Positions 51,456 to 61,072 of a DNA stretch of 64,000 nt are shown piece after piece (position 1 is the first letter of the stretch; every line of letters starts with the position of its first letter). The position numbers and the translations under genes were made by a program. Origin of the DNA: Thermoplasmatales archaeon SW_10_69_26 (GTDB lineage Archaea > Thermoplasmatota > SW-10-69-26); assembly GCA_003009755.1 (NCBI GenBank), contig PXUB01000032.1:65408-129407 (forward strand). Reading direction: 5' to 3'. The notes below the pieces were generated by a model. That model was not told where the DNA came from. It saw only the letters and a list, made by a program, of their open reading frames with translations, and did not search any database.

Positions 51456-52520
51456 CTACCGGCGTCGGTCGGCCAGCTCGCGGATCGTCGCCAACGCTTC
51501 GTCCACGTCCGCGTCGTCCACGTCGCGGTGCGTGACGGCGCGGACCCGGTGCTCGGCCATCATGCCGTCCAGGCCCAGGTCTGCTTCTGCCGCGTGCGCG
51601 GCGAAGGTCTCGGCGTCCACGCCGAGGCCCTGCACATCGAAGAACACGATGTTCGTGTCGACCCGGCCGAGGTCGACCTCGATCCCGTCGGTGTCGGCCA
51701 GCCCCTCCGCCAGCTCCCGGGCTCGCCGGTGGTCCTCGGCCAAGCGCCTGGGACCCTCCTTCAGGGCGAGCAGGCCGGCCGCCGCGAGGTGGCCGGATTG
51801 GCGCATGCCGCCGCCGAGCAACGCCTTGGCGCGGCGGGCTCGCTGGACGAACGCCTCGGGGCCGGCCAGCACGCTGCCCACGGGTGCTCCCAGGCCCTTC
51901 GTCAAGGCGAGCATGATGCTGTCTCCGTGGTCGGCGACCTCGGCCGGTTCCACGTCGAGAGCCGTCGCCGCGTTCAGTGCGCGGGCCCCGTCGATGTGCA
52001 CTGGGACGTCGGCCGAGCGAGCGATCGCCGCGATCTCGGCCAGGTGGTCGAGCGGGACGGCGACCCCGCCGGCGTGGTTGTGCGTTTGCTCGAGGCACAC
52101 CAACGCCGTCCGCGGCTTGATCGTCGGACCCCCCTCGGGACGGAGCTGGGCTCGGACCGTCTGTGGATCCATGCGGCCCGCGTGGCCCTCGATCGGCCGA
52201 GCCTGGGCGTGGGCGACGCGAGCGATCGAGCTGGACTCGTACAGCAGGATGTGGGAGGTCGACTCGGCGATGACCTCCGCGCGTTCGACGTCCTGTGTCC
52301 AGGCGACGAGCGCCGCGAGGTTCGCCATCGTCCCGCTGGGCATGAAGACGGCGGCGTCCTTGCCGAAGGTCTGGGCGGCCTCGTCCTCGAGCTCGTCCAC
52401 CGTGGGGTCCTCGCCGAGCGCGCTGTTGCCGACGTCGGCCTCGGCCATCGCTTGGCGCATCGCGTCCGTCGGGCGGGTCACCGTGTCCGAGCGGAGATCG
52501 ATCGCCGGTTCTTGGGCCAT
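51456..52520 (-). CDS. ltaE: Low-specificity L-threonine aldolase
   Basis: MAQEPAIDLRSDTVTRPTDAMRQAMAEADVGN...GTMANLAAL...; PLP-fold pattern and conserved Lys region ...TKGLGAPVGSVLAG. Confidence 0.85.
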   Translation of the reverse strand: MAQEPAIDLRSDTVTRPTDAMRQAMAEADVGNSALGEDPTVDELEDEAAQTFGKDAAVFMPSGTMANLAALVAWTQDVERAEVIAESTSHILLYESSSIARVAHAQARPIEGHAGRMDPQTVRAQLRPEGGPTIKPRTALVCLEQTHNHAGGVAVPLDHLAEIAAIARSADVPVHIDGARALNAATALDVEPAEVADHGDSIMLALTKGLGAPVGSVLAGPEAFVQRARRAKALLGGGMRQSGHLAAAGLLALKEGPRRLAEDHRRARELAEGLADTDGIEVDLGRVDTNIVFFDVQGLGVDAETFAAHAAEADLGLDGMMAEHRVRAVTHRDVDDADVDEALATIRELADRRR

Positions 52521-52561
52521 CGTGGCGAGCCAGGGGCCGGCTCGTCAAGAAGGTTCCCGCC

Positions 52562-53416
52562 TCAGCCCTCGGCCTGGATGGCGCGGGCGTCGGCGACGTC
52601 CTGCTCGCCGAACCGCCAGGGGACCTCGCCGCCCTCGCCGATCTCCCGGATGTCGGCGGCGCTGTCGAGCTGCCACCACATGACCGAGGATTCGTTCGAC
52701 GAGTGCGAGCGGTTCTCCTGGGCCGGCGTGTCCGGCTCGGGGTCCTCGCTCATCTCGTGGTCTTGCACCATCGGCAGCGGGCTGTTCACGAGCCCGAGGA
52801 GGTGGCCGGCCTCGTGGATGCCGACGGCTCGGGTCACCTTCCACTCGCGTGTGGCCGGCGTCGCTTTCCGCTCGCAGACGACCTCGTCGTCCGGGCAGGG
52901 CAGCTGGCACACGGGGGCGTCGTTCTCGCACGTCGAGTCCCGGATCTCCCCCTTGAACAACGCGAAGGCTCGCGTGTCGAAGGAGAGGCCGAGGGTGCCC
53001 TCTTGCGCGAACCGCCCGTCGAGGAAGAGGACGTGCATGACCTCGGTGTCGTTGGCGACCTCGGTGTCCTGCCGCTCGGCGTGCAGGTCCCGCAGCTCGC
53101 CGAGAGCGTAGGCGTAGTCCTCGCCTTGCTCGGGCAGTTCCTCGTCCACGCGGATCTCGATCTCGGCGGCGGTGACGCGCTCGAGCTCGTCGACGAACTG
53201 CTCCTCGGCCGGCGTGTCCTCGTCCCAAAGGGCGCCGGGCGCGTGGTCGATCTCGACGACGACCGTCTCGGCCTCGGCCAGGTAGCTGTCGTAGGCCGCG
53301 CCGGGGCCCCGTGCCTGCACGTTGGGGCCCAAGGCGTCGAGGAAGGTGCACCCGGAGCTGGCCACGAGGACGAGAAGGGTTATGCCTAGAGCCTTGCGCG
53401 CCATCTGGGACCCCAT
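52562..53416 (-). CDS. Lipoprotein zinc metalloprotease (HExxHxxG)
   Basis: Lipobox LLVLVASSGC; metzincin-like HEAGHLLGL motif; acidic. Confidence 0.6.
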   Translation of the reverse strand: MGSQMARKALGITLLVLVASSGCTFLDALGPNVQARGPGAAYDSYLAEAETVVVEIDHAPGALWDEDTPAEEQFVDELERVTAAEIEIRVDEELPEQGEDYAYALGELRDLHAERQDTEVANDTEVMHVLFLDGRFAQEGTLGLSFDTRAFALFKGEIRDSTCENDAPVCQLPCPDDEVVCERKATPATREWKVTRAVGIHEAGHLLGLVNSPLPMVQDHEMSEDPEPDTPAQENRSHSSNESSVMWWQLDSAADIREIGEGGEVPWRFGEQDVADARAIQAEG

Positions 53417-53456
53417 GGCCGCTTGGGGCCTTCTAAGGTTTCCGTTCGTGGACCGG

Positions 53457-54737
53457 TCAGGCCCGTTCGAGCGCGAGCTGGGCGACGTGTTCCCCGAACG
53501 GCAGCGAGCAGGTCAACCCCGGCGAGACGGCGTTCAGCACGTGCACCGTGTTGCCCTGCTCGCGAACGACCAGGTCCATCACGAGCTCGCCCTCGCGGGA
53601 GACCATCTGGGCCCGGTTGCCGGCGTAGCTGTCCACGAGGTCGACGGCCTCGATCTCTGGGACGAGGCGTCGGGCCTCGGCGGCCATCGCTTTCAGCGAC
53701 AAGCTCTTGTGCACCTCGTCGCCGATCAGGGAGCGGATCTTGGCGTCGCCCAGCAGACGGTAGAAGCCCGGCCACGACAGCGTGTCCAACAGATCGCGGC
53801 CGTCGGCCCCCCAGAACGAGTAGGCCTCGCGTCCGAAGGCCAGCATCGCGCCCGGTCCGACGATCAACCGGCCGTCGGCGCGCTTGGATAAGTGCACCCC
53901 GAGGAACGGCAGCTCCGGGTCCGGGGCCGGGTAGACGTGGCCCTCGACCATGTCCCGCTTGTCCGCGACGACCTCGGCGTAGTAGCCGCGGAAGGGCACG
54001 ATCCGCATGTCCGGGCACACGTCCTGGCCCAACCGGTCGGCCTGCAGCCCGGCCGCGTTGACGGCCCCGCCCGCCTCGAGGGTGCCCTTGCTGGTGTGCA
54101 CGCGCACGCCGCGGCCCGTGTCCTCGATCGCCTCGACCGTCGTGTCGTAGAGGAACTCGGCCCCGGCCGTCATCGCCTCGCCGGTCAGCGAGTGCACGTA
54201 GGCCCGGGCGTCGAAGCTGGCGTAGGCGGGCACGCGGAGCCCGGCCCGGCCGCGGGCCGCCGGCTCGACCTGCTGGATCTCCTCGGGCTCGAGCATCCGG
54301 GCTTCGATGCCGTTGGTCTGCGAGCGTCGGTGGGCTTCCTCGAGGTAACCGATCTCGGTCTCGTTTTGCGCGACGACGAGCAGCCCGTTCTGGCGCAGCG
54401 GGATGTCCCGCTCCCGGCAGTAGGCGATCAGCCGGCGGGCGCCCTCTCTCGCGAACCTCGCCTTCGTCGAGCCCGGCTCGTACTGGTAGCCGGCGTGCAC
54501 GACACCGCTGTTGCGGCCGCTTTGATGCAGCGCGGGCCCGGTCTCCTTGTCGAGCACGACGACCTCGTGCCCGTCCTTGGCCAGCCACCGCGCCACCGAG
54601 GAACCGATCGCGCCTGCGCCGACGACGGCGACGTCCGCGTCCACGGGGGCCGAACGCGGGAGGGGGCTTTCAGCGTTGGCGAAGACGGTGGCACGAGCGC
54701 TGGAGGGAAACGCAGAGGAGCGGAGGAGAGCGGACAC
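53457..54737 (-). CDS. FAD-dependent oxidoreductase of the L-2-hydroxyglutarate oxidase/dehydrogenase family
   Basis: Rossmann VAVVGAGAIGSSVARWLAKDGHEVVVLDK; family pattern ...SGRNSGVVHAGYQY...; C-terminal ...GNTVHVLNAVSPGLTCSL. Confidence 0.75.
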   Translation of the reverse strand: MSALLRSSAFPSSARATVFANAESPLPRSAPVDADVAVVGAGAIGSSVARWLAKDGHEVVVLDKETGPALHQSGRNSGVVHAGYQYEPGSTKARFAREGARRLIAYCRERDIPLRQNGLLVVAQNETEIGYLEEAHRRSQTNGIEARMLEPEEIQQVEPAARGRAGLRVPAYASFDARAYVHSLTGEAMTAGAEFLYDTTVEAIEDTGRGVRVHTSKGTLEAGGAVNAAGLQADRLGQDVCPDMRIVPFRGYYAEVVADKRDMVEGHVYPAPDPELPFLGVHLSKRADGRLIVGPGAMLAFGREAYSFWGADGRDLLDTLSWPGFYRLLGDAKIRSLIGDEVHKSLSLKAMAAEARRLVPEIEAVDLVDSYAGNRAQMVSREGELVMDLVVREQGNTVHVLNAVSPGLTCSLPFGEHVAQLALERA

Positions 54738-54914
54738 GGGAAGCAGGACGCGGCTTGCGGCGGCGGGAAAGCCCCAGACACGAAGCCCCGAAGCCAGGGA
54801 CCAGCCGTGTCCGGCGGCCGGCGGGACCGCGGCGGGCGGAGGGATCGCTGGCGAGCGGTGTTGCGGCTGTACTTCCGCTGACCGGCCCCAGCGGGCCTGC
54901 CGCCGCGCTGGCCC

Positions 54915-55415
54915 TCACCAGCCCGACGACGAGCGCGATGGAGACGATGGGTGCACCCATCGTCGATGCAGGGCGAGGTAGCCTGGAGAGATCACCCTGT
55001 CGGGCCGCTCGATCGGCGACCCGAGGGACGAGGAACGCGAGGCCTTGGCCTTCTCTTTCATCTTCTTCGAGCGTTCCTTGGCCGTGTAGCCGGTGGCGCC
55101 CTGGAGGAAGTCGTTCCACGCCTCGCGGGTCTCCTCGACGGTGTCCATCTCCTCCTCGAAGTCGATGTCCTTGGGGTCCTTCTGGTCGTTGATGACCCAC
55201 AGGGTGCTCTTCTTGTAGTAGCGGGCCTCGACGTTGTTGATGTGGCCGAAGGAGGCCTGGTACCACTCGTCGGGGTCGTGCTTGGCTTCGCGGTCGGGGA
55301 TCTCGTTGGCCTCCTCGAAGGCCTCTTCCATGACCTCGCCGAGATCCGTCTCGGCCTTGTGACCGCGCTTCACGGGGTAGGCTTGGGCTTCCTCGGGCGG
55401 CTCCTCGACGACCAT
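54915..55415 (-). CDS. Hypothetical acidic protein with lysine-rich tail
   Basis: Start chosen at MVVEEPPEEAQAYPVKRGHKAETDLGEVMEEAFEEANEIPDREAKHDPDEWYQASFGHINN...; the track ORF begins 55538 with an R/P-rich stretch that looks non-coding. Confidence 0.45.
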   Translation of the reverse strand: MVVEEPPEEAQAYPVKRGHKAETDLGEVMEEAFEEANEIPDREAKHDPDEWYQASFGHINNVEARYYKKSTLWVINDQKDPKDIDFEEEMDTVEETREAWNDFLQGATGYTAKERSKKMKEKAKASRSSSLGSPIERPDRVISPGYLALHRRWVHPSSPSRSSSGW

Positions 55416-55447
55416 CGCTGTTCGTCGACCACAACGCGTGGCCCCTC

Positions 55448-55942
55448 TTGGCTCTGTCGAAGCCGCCGGGCGTGAGGGTGGCCGCCGAGAGGCATCGCGA
55501 GAACCGAGGCGGCGGGCGAGACGTCGGGCTGCTCGCAATCGCCGCCCTCGGCCTGCTCGTGTCCACGTACTTCACGGCCGTGACCTACCAGTGGGTGCGG
55601 CCGGACGCCTCGTGGATCCCGCAGGTCTGCCGGATGGACGAGAAGACGTGCGCCCGCATCGTGGACACGGGCTACGGGCAGGCCTTCGGTGCGCCGAACT
55701 CCGTGTTCGGCATCGCCTGGTACCTCGCCGTCGCCGGCGTCACGCTGTACCGCTGGACCGGCGACCCGTTGCTGCCCTGCTCGGTGTTGATTCTGCTCGC
55801 GGCGGGCGTCGTCGCTTTCAGCGTGTACCTCGCCTGGGCGCTCGTCCAGCGCTTGGGCGTGCACTGCCCGCTTTGCTACCTCTCCCACACCCTCAACGTC
55901 GGCGTGCTCGTCGGCTTCGTCGGCCTGTGCGCGATCGGTTGA
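55448..55942 (+). CDS. Vitamin K epoxide reductase (VKOR)-family membrane protein
   Basis: 4-5 TM helices; CxxC redox motif in the last TM region (LGVHCPLCYLSH) and a Cys pair in the first loop (QVCRMDEKTCARI). Confidence 0.6.
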   Translation: MALSKPPGVRVAAERHRENRGGGRDVGLLAIAALGLLVSTYFTAVTYQWVRPDASWIPQVCRMDEKTCARIVDTGYGQAFGAPNSVFGIAWYLAVAGVTLYRWTGDPLLPCSVLILLAAGVVAFSVYLAWALVQRLGVHCPLCYLSHTLNVGVLVGFVGLCAIG

Positions 55943-55973
55943 CTGGACGAACATCCTTTTCGGCACGCCATCC

Positions 55974-57716
55974 ATGGTGACCCGTCCCATGCCCTCGTCC
56001 AGCGTGATCGATCCTCGACCCGGGGACGACGAGAACTGGTACCGCGAGGACCCGCCCTTGCAGCAGCTGCTGGCTCTACACGTTGACGAGGCCACGCTGG
56101 GAGCCGCCGAGCACCGGCTCGACGACCTCGGCGAGCTGGCGCCGGCCGACCTGGACCGGTGGGCGCGCGAGGCCGACCGCCACGAACCGACGCTCGAGCG
56201 CCGATCCCCGACGGGCGAACGCGTGGACCGCGTCGACTTCCATCCCGCCTACGAGAACCTGCGGCTGGCCGCGCGCATCAACGGCGTGTTCACCGCCAGC
56301 TGGCACGAGATGGGCGAGGCCGAGCGCGCCCCGCGAGCGCTCACGTTCGCGCTGGGCTACCTCTACGCGCAGGCCGAAGCCGGCTACTACTGCCCGGCCT
56401 GCATGACCGACGGGGCCGCCTTCGTGCTCGACCGCCACGCCCCCGAGCCGCTGGCCGAGCGCTTCGTCCCCCGCCTGGTCAGCCGGGACCCCGACGAGGG
56501 GATCGAGGGCGCCATGTACCTGACGGAGAAGGAGGGGGGTTCCGACGTGGGCGCCAGCACGCGCACCCGAGCCCGGCAGGCCGAGGACGGCACCTGGCGC
56601 CTGACCGGCGAGAAGTGGTTCGCCTCCAACTGCACCGCCGAGGTCGCCATGGCCCTGGCGCGCATGCCCGACGGCGAGGAGGGCACCGAAGGGCTGGGCC
56701 TGTTCCTCGTTCCGCGGCACCTGTCCAACGGCTCCCCCAACCCCGGCCTCCACCTCGAGCGGCTCAAGGACAAGCTCGGCGTCCAGAGCATGCCCACCGG
56801 CGAGATCGTGCTCGACGAGGCCCACGCCCACCTCGTCCAGGGCGCCGGCTCCGGGTTCAAGGCGATGGCCGAGATGGTGAACCTCTCCCGCCTGTACAAC
56901 GCCGTCGCCAGCGTCGCGGTGGCCCGCCGGGCCCTGCGCGAGGGCCAACGCGCCGGCCGCCAACGCGAGACCTTCGGCCAGCCCCTGCACGAGCACGCGC
57001 TGTTCCTGCGCGACCTCGTCGAGCTCACCGTCGACGTCGAGGGCGGCCTCGCCTTCACGCTCGACCAGGCCGAGGTCTTCGACCGCTGGGCCGAGGGCGA
57101 GGAAGACGCCCGCGCCCCGCTGCGGATCCTGACCCCGTGCGCGAAGGCGATGACCGCCAAGCTCGGCGTCGCGGCCGCCAGCGAGGGCTGCGAGCTGCTG
57201 GGCGGGCAAGGCTACATCGAGGAGTACGTGACCCCGCGCCTTTTGCGCGACGCCCAGGTCTTGCCGATCTGGGAGGGCACGACGAACATCCAGGCGCTGG
57301 ATCTGCTGCGCGCCGTCGCCCGGGACCGGGCGCTGCCCGGCTTCCTCGCCCACAGCTCGGCCCGGTTGGCCGAGGCCGAGGCCGAGGGCCACGAGGGGCT
57401 CGAACCCGCGATCGCTCGCGTCCGCGAGGGGTACGAGCGGATCGAGCAGGCCGGCGAGCGGCTGGCCTCCGTCGACCGCGATACAGCGGAGGCGATGGCC
57501 ATCGATCTCACGCGGGACGCCTACCACGTCCACGCCGCCGCGCTGCTGGCCCGCCGAGCCGCCCACCACCCGGACGACGATCGAGCGCGCGAGGTGGCCC
57601 ACCTGTATGCGGCCCGCCACGTCGCCGAGGACCGCAGCCTCGGCCGACGCGCGGTCCGGCAGGCGCTGGCCGACCACGGGACCGAGATCGCATACCCAGC
57701 CACGTCACACAGCTAG
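55974..57716 (+). CDS. AidB-like acyl-CoA dehydrogenase
   Basis: 580 aa; ACAD fold patterns ...YYCPACMTDGAAFVL..., ...GAMYLTEKEGGSDVGA..., ...GGQGYIEEYVTPRLLRDAQVLPIWEGTTNIQALD. Confidence 0.85.
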   Translation: MVTRPMPSSSVIDPRPGDDENWYREDPPLQQLLALHVDEATLGAAEHRLDDLGELAPADLDRWAREADRHEPTLERRSPTGERVDRVDFHPAYENLRLAARINGVFTASWHEMGEAERAPRALTFALGYLYAQAEAGYYCPACMTDGAAFVLDRHAPEPLAERFVPRLVSRDPDEGIEGAMYLTEKEGGSDVGASTRTRARQAEDGTWRLTGEKWFASNCTAEVAMALARMPDGEEGTEGLGLFLVPRHLSNGSPNPGLHLERLKDKLGVQSMPTGEIVLDEAHAHLVQGAGSGFKAMAEMVNLSRLYNAVASVAVARRALREGQRAGRQRETFGQPLHEHALFLRDLVELTVDVEGGLAFTLDQAEVFDRWAEGEEDARAPLRILTPCAKAMTAKLGVAAASEGCELLGGQGYIEEYVTPRLLRDAQVLPIWEGTTNIQALDLLRAVARDRALPGFLAHSSARLAEAEAEGHEGLEPAIARVREGYERIEQAGERLASVDRDTAEAMAIDLTRDAYHVHAAALLARRAAHHPDDDRAREVAHLYAARHVAEDRSLGRRAVRQALADHGTEIAYPATSHS

Positions 57717-57835
57717 GCGGACAGGGAGCCTCAGCCCGGCCACGAGGGCCAACCCAGCGACCGGGGCGCGCAGAGGCAGCGCTGCCTCGCATCGGTCCCC
57801 TGCGTCCTCGTGAGGGCCTGACCGTTGCCGTTCGG

Positions 57836-58531
57836 TCAGGTGACGACCGGGTCGGCGTCGCCGGGGGCGGTCTCGCCCGCGGTGCGTGTGGCCCGCTCGT
57901 AGTAGGCCGCCCAGGAGGTGGCGATCCACGCGATCGCCGGGATCGCGCCCACGATCAGCAAGATCAAGCCGCCGACGAGGATCAACAAGGACACCATCAG
58001 CAGGCCGAACAGCGACCACGCGTACCCGCCGGTGGCCGCCCAGCTGGCCCGCAACGCGTCGAGAGGATCCAGCTCGCGGTCGACGATGATGTAGGGCGTG
58101 AACGACAGGCGCACCATCGCGACCAGGCCGGGCACGACGAAGAGGACGAGACCGACCGTGACCGCCAACCCGTAGAGGAGCATCCCGCCCGCGGCCGCGA
58201 CGTAGCGGCGGAAGCCGGCCAGCAGGTCGTCCAGCTCGGGCTCGAAGCCGCGCACCGCGCGCAGCGACAGGTAGGCGAGGCCGACGACGAGCGGTCCGGT
58301 GACCAGGATCGACCCCAGGGGGCTGATCACGGACACCACCTGCTGGGGGCCGCCGGGGCCGGGAGGGACGGAGAAGACGTTCGAGAGGGACTCGACGGCC
58401 ACGTAGATCAAGACGGCCACGATCAGCGTCCAGACGTGGGCCGTCAGCGTGTGCCAACCCTCCTCCAGCGCGGATCGCACGCTGGGCCGTGCGCGTTCGA
58501 CCCTGTCGTCGGAGGGCGGCATCGCCGGCAT
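57836..58531 (-). CDS. Hypothetical integral membrane protein (6 TM)
   Basis: Hydrophobic helices throughout; no assignable motif. Confidence 0.5.
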   Translation of the reverse strand: MPAMPPSDDRVERARPSVRSALEEGWHTLTAHVWTLIVAVLIYVAVESLSNVFSVPPGPGGPQQVVSVISPLGSILVTGPLVVGLAYLSLRAVRGFEPELDDLLAGFRRYVAAAGGMLLYGLAVTVGLVLFVVPGLVAMVRLSFTPYIIVDRELDPLDALRASWAATGGYAWSLFGLLMVSLLILVGGLILLIVGAIPAIAWIATSWAAYYERATRTAGETAPGDADPVVT

Positions 58532-58552
58532 GGCGCGGCCTCTTGGACGAGC

Positions 58553-58849
58553 CTAAACGAGATCGCGCTTGCGCAGGACGTCGGTGATGGAGCTGGCCAG
58601 CTCCTCGTCGCGATCGCTGAGGCCGCCGATGTCGTGGCTCCAGGAGGTGATGCGGACCTGGTTGTACTCCTCGATGTGGAAGTCCGGGTGGTGCATCTGG
58701 TCCTCGGCGATCTCGGCCAGCTCGTTGAACAGATCGACGGCCTCGATGAAGTCCTCCGTCTCGATCTCGATCTCGATCATCTTGCCGTCGTCGGTGACCG
58801 TCCAACCCTCGGGGACCTCGATGTCGACGTCGTGTTCGTGGTGGGCCAT
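58553..58849 (-). CDS. Pterin-4a-carbinolamine dehydratase (PCD/DCoH)
   Basis: MAHHEHDVDIEVPEGWTVTDDGKMIEIEIETEDFIEAVDLFNELAEIAEDQMHHPDFHIEEYNQVRITSWSHDIGGLS has the [EDKH]-x(3)-H-[HN]-P-x(5,6)-[YW]-x(12)-H-[DE] signature. Confidence 0.85.
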   Translation of the reverse strand: MAHHEHDVDIEVPEGWTVTDDGKMIEIEIETEDFIEAVDLFNELAEIAEDQMHHPDFHIEEYNQVRITSWSHDIGGLSDRDEELASSITDVLRKRDLV

Positions 58850-58955
58850 CGTTCACCAGCTCGACGACCGAAGGGAGCCTGGCGGGATGAAAGTGACGCA
58901 GGCCACGATGCGGCCCCGAGGGTCCCCAAGCGGTCTCGAGGACGAACAGCTTGCC

Positions 58956-59176
58956 GCGTCGACGCGCCCGAGAAGGCCAAGGCCGACAGCCGAACGTTCG
59001 CCGCGCGGCTGACGCGCGAGGTGGGCGTCACCGGTGTCGCCGGTGGCAGCTTCCACCACGAGGAGGGCACGGGCGAGGACCTGAGCCGGTTCCCCTTCGC
59101 CGCCAGCGACGACCGCGTGGACGAGGCCGAGGCCAACCTGCGCGAGGGTTTGACCGCCGACAGGGGACAAGGTTGA
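58956..59176 (+). pseudogene. 3'-terminal remnant of a class I/II aminotransferase gene
   Basis: Frame reads ...APEKAKADSRTFAARLTREVGVTGVAGGSFHHEEGTGEDLSRFPFAASDDRVDEAEANLREGL*, the typical aminotransferase C-terminus, with no upstream catalytic domain. Confidence 0.45.
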
Positions 59177-59221
59177 AACGACAGATGGGCCTGCGCCCCT
59201 GACTCCACGCAGGTGAGATAA

Positions 59222-61033
59222 GTGGCAGGATCGGCGCTCTTCCAGGTTGCCGTCATCAGCGTCCTCGGCATCGGGGCCTCGTGGATCGCCTCGCGCCTAG
59301 GGCTACCCTCGATCCTGCTCCTGCTCTTCGCCGGGTTCCTCGCCGGTCCGATCACCGGCTGGGTGAAACCCGGTGTCCTCTTCGGCGACCTCCTGTCACC
59401 GTTCGTGGGGCTGAGCGTCGCCATCATCCTCTTCGAGGGCGGGTTGTCCTTGCGCGCCGTCGAGCTCGACGACATCGGGACCCCCGTGCGGAACCTGGTC
59501 ACGCTCGGCGTCCTGGTGACGTGGGCGATCCTCGCCGCCGCGGCCTACCTCTTCGTCCAGCTTCCGCTCAACGTCGCGCTCCTGCTGGGCGCGATCCTCA
59601 CGGTGACCGGACCGACGGTCATCATCCCCCTGTTGCGCCAGATCCGCCCCAAGCAACCCGTCGGCAACCTCCTCAAGTGGGAGGGGATCTTGATCGACCC
59701 GATCGGGGTCATCCTGGCCGTCCTCGTGTTCGAGGCGATCCTCGCTGGCGGGTTCCAGGAGGCTACGCAGGTCGTCGCGATCACGATCGGCCAATCGCTG
59801 ATCGCCGGCTTCGTGATCGGCGGGATCGGCGCTTTCGCCACCTACCTCCTCCTGAAACGTCACTGGGTCGACGACCACCTCGAGAGCCCCGTCACGCTCG
59901 GCATGGTGGTCGCCGTGTTCACGGCCTGCGAGCTCATCCAGGTCGAAAGCGGGCTCGTCGGCGCCACCGTCATGGGCGCCGTGCTCGCGAACCAGGGCGA
60001 CGTCGCCAAGCGCCACATCGTCGAGTTCAAGGAGAACCTCCGCGTCCTCCTGATCTCGTTCCTCTTCATCGTGCTCGCGGCTCGACTGGAGCCGAGCGCG
60101 CTCGAGATCGTCGGGCCCGGAAGCCTGGCGTTCCTCGTCGTGCTGTTCGTCGTCGCTCGCCCGGTCGCGGTCCTGTTGTCGACGATCGGCACCGATCTCG
60201 ACTGGTCGCAGCGGGCGTTCCTCTCCTCGATGGCCCCCCGCGGCATCGTGGCGGCCTCGATCGCCAGCGTGTTCGCCCTCGAGCTCGAGGAGGCTGGCGT
60301 CCCCGGCGGCGACGAGCTCGTGTCGCTGGCCTTCCTCGCCATCGTCGCCACCGTCGGCGTCTACGGTCTCGCCGCCGGCCCGCTGTCCCGCTGGCTGGAC
60401 ATCGGCGACCCCGACCCGCAAGGGATCTTGATCGTCGGCGCCCACGAATGGAGCCGGGACCTCGCCCTCGAGCTCCGCAAGACCGGCATCCCGGTGCTCC
60501 TGATGGACTCCAACGAACGGCGACTGCGGGTCGCCCGCGAGATGGGGCTCGACACCGTGTACGGCCAAAGCGTCACCGAGCACGTCCTCGAGGAGACCGA
60601 CTTCTCCGGCATCGGGCACTTCCTCGCGATGACACCCAACGACGAGACCAACCAGCTCACCGTGCTGAACTTCCGGGAGGTCTTCGACCGCTCGCGCACC
60701 TTCCAGCTGGCCCCCGAGACCGACCCGGGCGACCTCGCGACCGATCTGACGGGTCGCATCCTGTTCGCGGACGACCTCACCTACACGGAGTTCGAGCGCC
60801 TCCTCGACGAGGGTTGGGAGATCCAGACGACCCAGGTCCCCCCTGACGCCGGTCAGGGGATGCTGGAGGCGATCCGCGACAACGGTCATCGCCCACTGAT
60901 CGTGGTCGACAACGAGGGGCGAACGCATCCGCTCACCCCCGAGGAGCCCTTCAGCCCGGAACCCGGTGATTGGATCGTGCACATCGCTCCCGGTGGGGCG
61001 GAGATCGTGAACCCCTCTGCGGGCCAAACCTGA
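59222..61033 (+). CDS. CPA-type cation:proton antiporter with C-terminal RCK/TrkA-N domain
   Basis: 11-12 TM Na+/H+-exchanger core (…ILFEGGLSLRAVEL…); cytoplasmic Rossmann-like ILIVGAHEWSRDLALELRKTGIPVLLMDSNERRLRVARE; GTG start. Confidence 0.85.
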   Translation: MAGSALFQVAVISVLGIGASWIASRLGLPSILLLLFAGFLAGPITGWVKPGVLFGDLLSPFVGLSVAIILFEGGLSLRAVELDDIGTPVRNLVTLGVLVTWAILAAAAYLFVQLPLNVALLLGAILTVTGPTVIIPLLRQIRPKQPVGNLLKWEGILIDPIGVILAVLVFEAILAGGFQEATQVVAITIGQSLIAGFVIGGIGAFATYLLLKRHWVDDHLESPVTLGMVVAVFTACELIQVESGLVGATVMGAVLANQGDVAKRHIVEFKENLRVLLISFLFIVLAARLEPSALEIVGPGSLAFLVVLFVVARPVAVLLSTIGTDLDWSQRAFLSSMAPRGIVAASIASVFALELEEAGVPGGDELVSLAFLAIVATVGVYGLAAGPLSRWLDIGDPDPQGILIVGAHEWSRDLALELRKTGIPVLLMDSNERRLRVAREMGLDTVYGQSVTEHVLEETDFSGIGHFLAMTPNDETNQLTVLNFREVFDRSRTFQLAPETDPGDLATDLTGRILFADDLTYTEFERLLDEGWEIQTTQVPPDAGQGMLEAIRDNGHRPLIVVDNEGRTHPLTPEEPFSPEPGDWIVHIAPGGAEIVNPSAGQT

Positions 61034-61072
61034 AACGACGAGGCTGCCTGACGCCGCTGGTCGGCACCACCG

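Noticed and set aside
56159-59176. 1005-aa plus-strand ORF
   Set aside because: Composite open frame spanning acyl-CoA DH (different frame), a membrane protein and PCD (opposite strand); only its last ~70 codons (the aminotransferase remnant) look like real coding sequence
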